Source of the DNA: Clostridia bacterium
GTDB lineage: Bacteria > Bacillota > Clostridia > Christensenellales > CAG-917
Assembly: GCA_900754695.1 (NCBI GenBank)
Contig: CAAEDU010000044.1
Span: 1-52,064, forward strand
Direction of reading: 5' to 3'
Length of the DNA: 52,064 nt
The notes beneath the pieces are model-generated. The model saw only the letters and a list, made by a program, of their open reading frames with translations. It searched no databases and had not been told where the DNA came from. Positions 11,645-19,951 of this stretch are shown here, in pieces (within the stretch, counting starts at the first letter, position 1; each line of letters starts with the position of its first letter). Made by a program: the position numbers and the translations under genes.

Positions 11645-11672
11645 GAAAACCCGCCTCGAAAGGCGGGTTTTC
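11645..11672 (-). terminator. Bidirectional-type terminator after the GPH transporter gene
   Basis: GAAAACCCGCC TCGAAA GGCGGGTTTTC, flanked by A/T runs on both sides. Confidence 0.8.
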
Positions 11673-11688
11673 ATCGGACCGCAGGGGT

Positions 11689-13710
11689 CTACTCTTCTTT
11701 GTCCTCATCATCGGGAGGAGTCTCGGTGACCGTGACGGTGACCTCCTCTTCCTCGGTGCCGTCGGAGGTGACGGTGGTGTCGACGGTCTCGTCCACCGTG
11801 ACGGTGCTGCCGTCCGCGCCCTCCGCCACGAGTTTAGCCTCGTTGCGACGCTTGATCTCGGCGACTGCCTCCTGCTGCTCCTTCTCGTTGAACTTGTAGA
11901 AGAAGATGGGGACGGCGGAGAGGATGAAGCTCAGAGCCGCGACCAGCATGAGCATGATCCACATGACGTCTTTGCCGCTTGCGTCCAGCGCGCCGGGGTT
12001 GTTGGCGGTGACGCCCGCGAGATAGTAACCCATGACGCCGATGAACGCGCCGATCGCCATACCGATCTTGTTGATGAAGGTCTGCATCGCGAAGCAGATG
12101 CCTTCCGCTCTCTCGCCCGTCTTGAGCTCGAGATACTCGATGGTGTCGCCGATCATGGCGTAGGAAACGATGTTGGTGAGACCGGACGGGATGCCGGAGA
12201 CGACGATGGCAAGCAGCGCGATGACGAGAGTCGCCGTCGAGGTGTAGTTGCCTTTGTCGATCGCCATACCGACGATGAACGCGATGAGGAGAGCCACGCC
12301 GCCCGCGATATTCGTCCAGATGTAGGACTGTTTCTTGCCTATCTTCTTGGTGAGATAAGGCACCAGGAGCGAGGCGATGAGTCCGCCGGGGACGATGGCG
12401 ATGGTGACCAGAGTGTAGAGACCTTCGCCGTGCATTCCTATGAAGTTGACGCTGTCAAGGACATATTTGCAGAAGTAGAGTCCGCCCGTGTAGGTGAAGA
12501 CCATTCTCGCCGCGCCCAGGATGCCGGAGATGACGATGAGCATGAGGGGCTTGTTCTTGAACAGCAGGGAGAGGTTGTGCTTGAGAGACGGGGGTTTGAC
12601 GTTATCCAGTTCGCTCGTCCTCTCCTTCGTGAATTTGAAGCCGACGAAGAAGAGAGGCATACCGACCGCGACACAGATGATCGCCGCCACGAAGTAGATG
12701 TAGCTGAGGTCATTCTGCTTTTCGCTGAGAGTGCCGTCCAGGATCTTCTGAAGATCGTTCGCCGTCCATTCGCTCATGGGCTTGTCGTTTATCAGCTCGC
12801 CGCCTTCGCTGTCCTTGCCTTCGTAAACGGCTTTCGCCTCGAGATACGCGTTGTATACTGCGGAATCCTTGCCGAACTCTTTCAAAATGAAGTTTTCAAG
12901 CGTGCCGTAGTTTGCGGTGATGTTCGCAAACGTGCCGTCACGGTTGGCGTCAAAGTTGAGAGAAAAATCTTCGGTTTTGTCTCCGTCCTTGTCCACATCC
13001 GCAAGGTCGGGGACGATGATCTCGCCGCCCTCGCTGTCCACCGCGAACTGGATCTGGGAAACGATGCCCTGATAGGCGTTGATGTTGGTCTGCAAAGTGC
13101 CGGTCATACCGCTGGTGACCTGAGGCACCACGATGGTGACGATGCCCGCGCCCGCCGTGCACAGCAGACGCGCTATGGTCAGCAGGTTGCCGCGGCGGAA
13201 GGTGTCGTTGGACATGCGGGAGTTCAGCCCCCAGTAAGGCACGTCGCAGACGGTGTACACCATGCCCCAGATTATGTACATGACGGACATTGCCGCAAAG
13301 CCGCCGGGGTTGTTGGGGTACCACGGCAGGAAGCACAGGATGGTCACCACCGCGACGGGGATCGCCATCCATTTAAGATAAGGACGGCACTTGCCCCACG
13401 GGGTGCGCGTTCTGTCGACGATGGAGCCCATGATCGGGTCGTTCAATGCGTCGTAAATTCGCGCAAACAGCATGAGCAGCGCGACCGCCAACGCACCGTA
13501 ACCGATCGCATCCGTCATAAAGACGGTCAGATAAGAACCGATGATGGTGCAGATCAGGTTCTGACCGAAGCCGCACAGAGAGTACGCAATGCCCTCTTTC
13601 GGCTGCATTTCGCCGTCGCCGGGATAAGTGCCGAAAAGCTTGTGCCAAATGCTGCGCTTTTCGGTGCCGACCGCGACGGCGCCGTTTTCCATGGTTTTCA
13701 CATCTTCCAT
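11689..13710 (-). CDS. Glycoside-pentoside-hexuronide (GPH) family cation symporter with large loop insertion and acidic C-terminal tail
   Basis: 673 aa. GPH signature DALNDPIMGSIVDRTRTPWGKCRPY, 11-12 TM helices, about 135-aa hydrophilic insert between TM5 and TM6. Confidence 0.85.
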   Translation of the reverse strand: MEDVKTMENGAVAVGTEKRSIWHKLFGTYPGDGEMQPKEGIAYSLCGFGQNLICTIIGSYLTVFMTDAIGYGALAVALLMLFARIYDALNDPIMGSIVDRTRTPWGKCRPYLKWMAIPVAVVTILCFLPWYPNNPGGFAAMSVMYIIWGMVYTVCDVPYWGLNSRMSNDTFRRGNLLTIARLLCTAGAGIVTIVVPQVTSGMTGTLQTNINAYQGIVSQIQFAVDSEGGEIIVPDLADVDKDGDKTEDFSLNFDANRDGTFANITANYGTLENFILKEFGKDSAVYNAYLEAKAVYEGKDSEGGELINDKPMSEWTANDLQKILDGTLSEKQNDLSYIYFVAAIICVAVGMPLFFVGFKFTKERTSELDNVKPPSLKHNLSLLFKNKPLMLIVISGILGAARMVFTYTGGLYFCKYVLDSVNFIGMHGEGLYTLVTIAIVPGGLIASLLVPYLTKKIGKKQSYIWTNIAGGVALLIAFIVGMAIDKGNYTSTATLVIALLAIVVSGIPSGLTNIVSYAMIGDTIEYLELKTGERAEGICFAMQTFINKIGMAIGAFIGVMGYYLAGVTANNPGALDASGKDVMWIMLMLVAALSFILSAVPIFFYKFNEKEQQEAVAEIKRRNEAKLVAEGADGSTVTVDETVDTTVTSDGTEEEEVTVTVTETPPDDEDKEE

Positions 13711-13763
13711 AAAATACCCGCCTTACAAGTTTTTTTGACGATCTTCTCAATACGGATGAGCAT
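13698..13763 (-). CDS. Candidate 21-aa upstream ORF (MLIRIEKIVKKTCKAGILWKM) overlapping the transporter start
   Basis: GGAGGGGG lies 8 nt upstream of the ATG at 13763. The stop TGA (13698-13700) is 5 nt before the alternative transporter ATG at 13692. Confidence 0.3.
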   Translation of the reverse strand: MLIRIEKIVKKTCKAGILWKM

Positions 13764-13786
13764 ATAAATCCCCCTCCGTTAAAAGT

Positions 13787-13815
13787 ATAAAACCACATTT
13801 CCCGACATTTGTCAA
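13787..13815 (-). promoter_or_regulatory. Candidate promoter of the GPH transporter
   Basis: Minus strand TTGACA (13810-13815), 17 nt, TGgTTTTAT extended -10 (13787-13795), AT-rich UP-like tract upstream. Confidence 0.35.
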
Positions 13816-13890
13816 ACAGCGTTCCGAAAATAGCCCTCAAATTTTTAATTTTAATTTTATGTTCGCCTGTTTGCCGGCGGAGGAGAAGGG

Positions 13891-13905
13891 ATGCCGGACC
13901 GGAAT
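13891..13905 (+). repeat. Copy D of dyad motif ATGCC-N5-GGAAT
   Basis: ATGCCGGACCGGAAT, intergenic, about 75 nt upstream of the transporter -35. Confidence 0.5.
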
Positions 13906-14196
13906 ACATAAGGACAAGCGGAACAAGAACGGGACAGCGAGGATGTGTAAATAGTGGAAGGAGGAGGGATGTTCGCCATAAGTATAGAGCTTTGTATGGG
14001 CGCAACATTTTGGCAAACTTCATTGCTCTTTCAAACCATATTAAAGGGCGAAAGCGTCTTGCTACGCAAGCCGCCGAACCCTGCGGCAACAGACTTTTTG
14101 GCACATGTTTAAACAAGTATGTGTCTGGATCTGTCCTTGCGCAAAATGACTTTATGCCGCAAGGGTTCGCATCCTTTACTTCGCCTCCGCCACAAC

Positions 14197-14227
14197 AAAA
14201 AAACGCGCCCCCACGCTGTGGGTTCGC
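14197..14227 (-). terminator. Terminator downstream of tRNA-Ser
   Basis: Minus strand GCGAACCCAC agc GTGGGGGCGC (8 of 10 paired) followed by TTTTTTT. Confidence 0.6.
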
Positions 14228-14239
14228 ATTTTTCTGCTG

Positions 14240-14328
14240 TGGCGGAGGCGGAGGGATTCGAACCCCCGTGGGCTTGCACCCAAACGGTTTTCAAGACCGC
14301 CTCGTTATGACCACTTCGATACGCCTCC
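14240..14328 (-). tRNA. tRNA-Ser (anticodon UGA), CCA encoded
   Basis: Cloverleaf folded by hand: acceptor GGAGGCG/CGCCTCC, anticodon loop CTTGAAA, long variable arm, T-loop TTCGAAT. Confidence 0.9.
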
Positions 14329-14338
14329 GTATGCGGCA

Positions 14339-14367
14339 ATTATAGTGTAATGCTCGTGCATTGTCAA
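14339..14367 (-). promoter_or_regulatory. tRNA-Ser promoter
   Basis: Consensus TTGACA (14362-14367), 17 nt, TATAAT (14339-14344), 10 nt upstream of the mature 5' end. Confidence 0.75.
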
Positions 14368-14667
14368 CGGTGGGAACGGTCAAATGAAAAGGAAACATAC
14401 ACGCGCCGGCGCTTGACAAGGGATCGCCGAGGGCGATGCGGATGGCGTCAACTTATCTTGCCGCAAAGGTGCGTCGCACACATTGACAAGCGAAACAAGA
14501 GCTTTATGCTCATCATTGTAATACTCAACCCTAAGTTTCGTGCAATACAAAACCGAATATGTGACACGGATCGTGCTGCGACAGCAGGCATTTCCGAAAC
14601 ACTGTTTTAAGTGCTTTTCATCGGTTTGAAAAGAGTCAAGGTGCGAGCGGCGAGGGTCGGTGCAAGG

Positions 14668-14739
14668 TTATTTGCAGCCCGAAATGAGTGCCTTGAAGAA
14701 GTAGAAGATGACTGCGATGACAAAGAGTACGAGCGTCAT
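14668..14739 (-). CDS. Candidate 23-aa hydrophobic peptide (MTLVLFVIAVIFYFFKALISGCK)
   Basis: GGAGGG lies 6 nt upstream of the ATG; single predicted TM helix. No convincing promoter or terminator found. Confidence 0.25.
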   Translation of the reverse strand: MTLVLFVIAVIFYFFKALISGCK

Positions 14740-15121
14740 GGTGTTCCCTCCGAAACGGGGGTTTTCCCCTGTCTTCGATGTCATGTCAGCACGCTTAATG
14801 TCCCGAAAACGTTCCGCAACTCCGAAAAAACGGATTTGGATGATATTGCTTTTTTCGGGGGGGCATCGAGACAATGCCGCGGCAGAAGATCACTTGCTCA
14901 GGGGTGCAGGAATATCGCGTCCGTCGATTTTTTTGGCGAGAAAAACGTCGACAATGCCGATACCCTGCCGTATCGGCAAGGCAAACGCCTCTGTTCGAGC
15001 GGAAATCGGCGGCGCCGAACATAGTCAATATTATTACGTTCCGGCAAGCGGCAACGGGATACGGAACCGAAAGGATATCGGAGCGCGCCCCTGCTTTTCC
15101 GCGCTCTTCGCGCGCCTAATC

Positions 15122-15150
15122 TTGACGAAAAGCTATCGATATGGTATATT
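15122..15150 (+). promoter_or_regulatory. Promoter of the 15210-18834 operon
   Basis: TTGACG, 17 nt, TATATT. The 5' UTR contains the hairpin GCGGCGC gctct GCGCCGC; RBS GGGGGAGGAAG. Confidence 0.6.
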
Positions 15151-15209
15151 TTCGTTGTGCGGCGCGCTCTGCGCCGCTTGCTTCCGTTGTCACTTAAAGG
15201 GGGAGGAAG

Positions 15210-16895
15210 ATGAAAAAGATCCTAAAATGGTTTGACAAGATCATAAGGAATTTCTGGGTGCAGCTCATCGCCCTTGTCGTCGTCTCTGTCGGCATCTTTT
15301 TGCTGGGAGCGTTCATTGCCGGCGTTCCCGCCAAAGACAAGGCGTTGGAGATACTCACGGGCACGGATCTGCTCGGCGTCTTCCTTGCCGCGCTGATCTC
15401 CATCATCGTCGCCAAGGTGCTCATCCGCGTGAAGAACACGATGGAAGAGTCGCTGAAACTCGAAGACGACCATCACAAGATCATCTCGCGCTACTCAGGG
15501 CACAAGGTCATCGAAGAATATCCCGAAGAGAGCCGCTTCTCGCGTGACGGCGAACTGATGGTGATCGACTGTGTGCCCCAAAACATGCGTTGCCCGCGCA
15601 GCATGGTCAAGGACCGCTATTGCAAGGAATACAAACTTCGCGAAGAGGACATCTCGGACTATTTCGACCGTCACAGACTGCGCATCTCAGGCGTGGACGT
15701 CTTTGCCAACGTGAACGGCGACACCTCCGTCGTATTCCGCGACACCGACGTCATGCGGGAGCTGCCCGGCTTCGTGCGCGAAAATGCCGCCGCTCTCCTT
15801 GCCGCCCACGGCGGGTCCTCCATCAGCAACAACGTCACCATCCGCCTCAAAAAAGCGGGATATGACGAGCAAAAGCGCGAGCTCGTGCTCGACACCGAAC
15901 GCTCGCTGTATTTCTATATGCTGGTGACCAACCGCTGCATGGACTACTCCATCTCGGACACGATGACGCTGCGCGAAGTGTACGAGTTCAACGACAAGGT
16001 CTCTCCCCTCGAAGAGTCCAAGTTGGGCAATCAGATCGGCATCAACGGGTTGGTCTTCACCTCGGACGGCTATCTCCTCATCGAGAAGCGCGGCAAGAAA
16101 AAGACGACGTGGAAGGGCAAGTTGGCTCAGCCCATCTCCCTCGCTCTGAAGGAGAAAGACATCCTCCCGAACGGCGGGTTGATCGACGGCTCTCCCGAGG
16201 CGGCAAATGACGCATTCCGTGGGATAATCTTTCAAACTTTGCAGAAAAACTACGGGATCGACGAAAATATGATCGCAGGGATAGGGACGGACGGATCCGT
16301 CAAAAACGGTGCATTCGACCTCAAAGACAGCTTCCTCGGTCTCGCTCGCGACCTCATCGAGGGCGGCAAACCGAACATGTATTTCTACATCTCGCTCAAC
16401 GTGACCGCTGCCGAACTCAAAGCCGTCATGGAGCAAAGAGCGAAGGACGCCGCGGAAAGCGTCCCGAAGAAGCGCCGCAAGGGAAAGAGCGCAGCGCCCA
16501 TCGCCTGCCCGCAAGCGGAAGAGGATGCCGCACTCCCCCGGGAAGAGAAAGCCGGGGAGCACAAAAAGACGAAAGCCGAGCTCTTTCCCAGCCTTGAGAA
16601 GAGCAAGCTGGAGCGTGACCTTTATCTTGTAAAGTTCGACGACATCGGAGTGGACTTCGGCTATTCCGCAAAGCTCGACCCGAGGAAGACAGAGAGGGTG
16701 AGGTTCCGTTTCTACCCTTGTGTGAACAAATTCAAGGCGGCGGTGGACGGTGCGGGTTTCGCGTTGCGGCGCGCTTTCAATGTCAAGATAAAGAAAGAGT
16801 GCGGCGAAGCGCTGCTCACCTGCCTCTATTACGCCGAGGTCTGCCGCAAGAGGATATGCGGCAGGACGGGGCTTAATAAGGAGAGATCACGATGA
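15210..16895 (+). CDS. Hypothetical 2-TM membrane-anchored protein with degenerate Nudix-fold-like central region
   Basis: 561 aa. Two N-terminal TM helices (res about 15-75). LVFTSDGYLLIEKRGKKK...GGLIDGSPEAANDAFRGIIFQTLQKNYGI resembles a Nudix fold, but the REUxEE catalytic glutamates are absent. Lys/Arg-rich low-complexity insert near res 430-470. Confidence 0.7.
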   Translation: MKKILKWFDKIIRNFWVQLIALVVVSVGIFLLGAFIAGVPAKDKALEILTGTDLLGVFLAALISIIVAKVLIRVKNTMEESLKLEDDHHKIISRYSGHKVIEEYPEESRFSRDGELMVIDCVPQNMRCPRSMVKDRYCKEYKLREEDISDYFDRHRLRISGVDVFANVNGDTSVVFRDTDVMRELPGFVRENAAALLAAHGGSSISNNVTIRLKKAGYDEQKRELVLDTERSLYFYMLVTNRCMDYSISDTMTLREVYEFNDKVSPLEESKLGNQIGINGLVFTSDGYLLIEKRGKKKTTWKGKLAQPISLALKEKDILPNGGLIDGSPEAANDAFRGIIFQTLQKNYGIDENMIAGIGTDGSVKNGAFDLKDSFLGLARDLIEGGKPNMYFYISLNVTAAELKAVMEQRAKDAAESVPKKRRKGKSAAPIACPQAEEDAALPREEKAGEHKKTKAELFPSLEKSKLERDLYLVKFDDIGVDFGYSAKLDPRKTERVRFRFYPCVNKFKAAVDGAGFALRRAFNVKIKKECGEALLTCLYYAEVCRKRICGRTGLNKERSR

Positions 16896-17884
16896 AAAAG
16901 ATCGTCGCATACGGAGAGATCCTGCTCCGCCTGTCCGCGACGGCGGACACCATACGCGCGAGCCGCGCCTTCGACGCCTGCTACGGCGGGACGGAATCAA
17001 ATGTGCTCGCCTGCCTGCACGCCCTCGGACACGAGACGGAATATCTCTCCGCCCTCCCGCAAAGTCCGCTGGGGCAAGCCGCCCTCGACCATCTTAAAAG
17101 GCTCGGCGTCGGGACGTCGCACGTCGTCACGGAGGGTGACGGCATGGGGATGTACTTCACCGAAAGCGGCAACGCGAGCCGCGGCGCGAACGTCGTCTAC
17201 GCACGGAAGCATTCCGCATTTACCCGCCTCGGCGAAAATTCTTTCGACCTCGACAGCGTGTTCACGGGCGCAGACCTCTTCCATGTGAGCGGCATATCCT
17301 TCGCGCTCTCCCCTTCTTCCCGCGAGCTTGCTTTCAGACTCGTCAGAGAAGCGCGTGAGCGCCACATACCCGTGTCGTTCGACTTCAACTACCGCCCCGC
17401 CCTCTGGAGCGTTGCCGAAGCGAAACCGATGCTCAAAAGAGCGGCGAAAGAGGCGGACATCCTGCTTGCGAGCAGCCGAGACCTTGCCGCTTTCATGGAT
17501 ACGGATGAGGAGCACGCCATGGACGACTACCCCGCCTGCAAAAGGCTGGTGCTGCGAGACCGCACTGCGCTCTCCCCCACGCGCCATTCCGTGCGCATAG
17601 TCATGTTCACGCGAGGCGCCGCACGCACGGAAGTGCCGGAGTTCACCTTCCCCGTAAGCGAGAAGATAGGCGGCGGCGACGCATTCAACGGCGCATTGCT
17701 GCACTCCGTGCTGACCGGCAGGAGCGACGCGGACATCCTGCGCTTCGCGGCGGCGGCATTTGCATTGAAACACACCGTCCCGGGCGACGTGCTCGCCCTC
17801 GGCGAAAAGGAGATCTCGGACTACTCCGCCGTCCTCGCGGCGGAAACCCCCGCCTCGAAGGCGGACATCGGAGGTGAACAGTGA
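16892..17884 (+). CDS. PfkB-family sugar kinase (2-dehydro-3-deoxygluconokinase-like)
   Basis: 330 aa. N-terminal GEILLRL, PfkB signature GGGDAFNGALLH. ATGA overlap with the upstream gene. Confidence 0.85.
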   Translation: MKKIVAYGEILLRLSATADTIRASRAFDACYGGTESNVLACLHALGHETEYLSALPQSPLGQAALDHLKRLGVGTSHVVTEGDGMGMYFTESGNASRGANVVYARKHSAFTRLGENSFDLDSVFTGADLFHVSGISFALSPSSRELAFRLVREARERHIPVSFDFNYRPALWSVAEAKPMLKRAAKEADILLASSRDLAAFMDTDEEHAMDDYPACKRLVLRDRTALSPTRHSVRIVMFTRGAARTEVPEFTFPVSEKIGGGDAFNGALLHSVLTGRSDADILRFAAAAFALKHTVPGDVLALGEKEISDYSAVLAAETPASKADIGGEQ

Positions 17885-18834
17885 CCAAACCTCGCATTTT
17901 GCTCAGCATTGCAGAAACGGACGACGCATTCGCGTCCATGGTGAAAGCCCTCTCCCCGCATGCGGAAGTCATCGTTGCGGGGCTCGAGGACTACTCTCTC
18001 AAAGGCGTGGACGCCTTTGTCGGCAAAAAAACGGACGCGGCGAAACTCGCCGAGGCGGATCGCCTCAAAGCCGTGTTCGCTTACAAGACGGGCGTGGACG
18101 ACTTCCCCGTGCGCGAGCTCGGCGAGCGCGGCATACTGCTCGTCAATTCGCACGTGAACTCGCGGTATATTGCGGAATATGCCTTCGGTCTCGCCATCGC
18201 GCTCGTCAGCCGCATCGCGGAGTTCGACCGCAAGATGCGCCAGGGGGACTGGGACATCGAAGACCCCTATTGGAAGAGTTTGTTCGCGATGAAAGCGGGG
18301 CTGGTCGGCTTCGGGCACATCGGGCGGGAGCTCCACGCTCTGCTTGCCGCCAACGGCATCCCGACCATGACCATAGACCGCGGCAAGGACTATCCGGACG
18401 GAGTGGAACTTGTCCCCTCCCTCGAAGAACTCTGCCGCAAGGCGGACATCCTCTTCCTCTCCCTTCCGCGGACGAGCGCCACGAACGGGATGTTCGGCAA
18501 AGAGATCTTCTCCCTGCTCAAAGGCAAATTCATAGTCAATGTGGGAAGAAGCAACTGCATCGACGAGGGTGCGCTCTACCATGCGCTGTCAAAGGGCGGG
18601 ATGGCGGGCGCCGCCATCGACACCTGGCGCGAAAAAGCGAGAAAGCCGGGCGAAGTGCTCATCCCCTTCGACCATCCCTTCCAGGAACTCGACAACATCC
18701 TGCTCTCCTCGCACAAAGCGATGCAACTCATCGACGGGCACTCACGCTATGTCGAGGACATAACGGCGCGCGTCCTGCTTTGGCTGGACGGCAAACCGAC
18801 GGGCAACGAAGTGGACTGCTCCAAAGGCTACTGA
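17881..18834 (+). CDS. D-isomer-specific 2-hydroxyacid dehydrogenase family protein
   Basis: 317 aa. NAD fold GLVGFGHIGRE, catalytic Arg (VGRSNCID) and His (SSHKA). GTG start overlaps the kinase stop (GTGA), GGAGG 6 nt upstream. Confidence 0.85.
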   Translation: MTKPRILLSIAETDDAFASMVKALSPHAEVIVAGLEDYSLKGVDAFVGKKTDAAKLAEADRLKAVFAYKTGVDDFPVRELGERGILLVNSHVNSRYIAEYAFGLAIALVSRIAEFDRKMRQGDWDIEDPYWKSLFAMKAGLVGFGHIGRELHALLAANGIPTMTIDRGKDYPDGVELVPSLEELCRKADILFLSLPRTSATNGMFGKEIFSLLKGKFIVNVGRSNCIDEGALYHALSKGGMAGAAIDTWREKARKPGEVLIPFDHPFQELDNILLSSHKAMQLIDGHSRYVEDITARVLLWLDGKPTGNEVDCSKGY

Positions 18835-18861
18835 AATGCCGTCGGATCCGCTCCCCAAATC

Positions 18862-18888
18862 AAAACGACCGGCTGAGCCGGTCGTTTT
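18862..18888 (+). terminator. Terminator of the 15210-18834 operon
   Basis: AAAACGACCGGC tga GCCGGTCGTTTT, 12-bp stem, T-run follows. Confidence 0.85.
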
Positions 18889-19016
18889 CTTTGTGGTTTT
18901 TGAAGTGCCGGTGATGTCCGTTTGCCTGTTTATACGGCGTTCACTCCGCCGCGAACTGTCGAAAGCGGAACTTGCCACAATGCTGCGTCCGTCACCAGGC
19001 TTGAGTGTCGTCGAAG

Positions 19017-19043
19017 TCCAAAAGCGGAGCCTTAGGCTCCGCT
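19017..19043 (-). terminator. Terminator downstream of folD (end of the pur-guaB-folD operon)
   Basis: AGCGGAGCC tta GGCTCCGCT, followed on the minus strand by TTTTGG. Confidence 0.75.
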
Positions 19044-19084
19044 CTCTTCACATTATATTTTGCTTTGCGGGAAGTCCCGCATTC

Positions 19085-19942
19085 TCATTTGTCCAGCCCC
19101 TTTTGCAGGCGGTACGCCTTGACGGTGTTTTGCAGCAGCATGGTCACCGTCATGGGTCCGACGCCGCCGGGGACGGGGGTGATGTAGGAGCACTTGGGTG
19201 CGACTTCGGCGTAATCCACGTCGCCGCAGAGCTTGCCGTTTTCGTCGCGGTCCATGCCGACGTCGATGACGACTGCGCCCTCCTTCACCATGTCCGCTTT
19301 CAGGAACTTGGCTTTGCCGATGGCGACGCACACGATGTCAGCGCGGGAAGTGACCGAGCCGAGATCCTTCGTGCGGCTGTGACATATCGTGACGGTGGCG
19401 TTGCGGTCGAGGAGGAGCTGCGCGAGCGGCTTGCCGACAAGGTTGGAGCGTCCGACGACGACGGCGTTCCTGCCCTCGATGGGGATGGAATAGTGGTCGA
19501 GCAGCTTGATGACGCCGTAAGGGGTGCATGGGATGAGCTCGGGCTCGCCCGTCCACAGCTTGCCCTTCTGCACGTAATGGCACCCGTCCACGTCCTTTGC
19601 GGGGTCGATAAGGTGCAGGAGCGCCGCCTCGTCGAGATGTTTCGGGACGGGAAGCTGCAAAAGGATGCCGCTGACGGCGGGGTCTGCGTTGAGAGCATCT
19701 ATCTTCTCCGCCACTTCCTCCTGCGTCGAGTCTGCGGGCATTTTCACGAGAGTGGACGTGATGCCCACCTCCGCGCAGCCGTTGATCTTGTTGCGCACGT
19801 ACACCTGGCTTGCGGGATCGTCGCCGACGAGGATGACCGCGAGCCCGATCTTGCCGAGGGTGTCCTGCGGCAGCGCCGCGACCTGCTTCGCGATGTCTTC
19901 GCGCGTGAGTTTTGCAACGAGTTTTCCGTCTATGACCTGCAT
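19085..19942 (-). CDS. folD: Bifunctional methylenetetrahydrofolate dehydrogenase / methenyl-THF cyclohydrolase
   Basis: 285 aa, conserved YVRNK, DVDG, PGGVGPMT motifs. Confidence 0.95.
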   Translation of the reverse strand: MQVIDGKLVAKLTREDIAKQVAALPQDTLGKIGLAVILVGDDPASQVYVRNKINGCAEVGITSTLVKMPADSTQEEVAEKIDALNADPAVSGILLQLPVPKHLDEAALLHLIDPAKDVDGCHYVQKGKLWTGEPELIPCTPYGVIKLLDHYSIPIEGRNAVVVGRSNLVGKPLAQLLLDRNATVTICHSRTKDLGSVTSRADIVCVAIGKAKFLKADMVKEGAVVIDVGMDRDENGKLCGDVDYAEVAPKCSYITPVPGGVGPMTVTMLLQNTVKAYRLQKGLDK

Positions 19943-19951
19943 ATGCTCTCC

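Noticed and set aside
14708-15235. 175-aa ORF and neighbours (14350-14610, 14611-15024, 14874-15119) in the gap after tRNA-Ser
   Set aside because: No RBS, no recognisable domain, overlapping each other in different frames, and running into the 15210 promoter.
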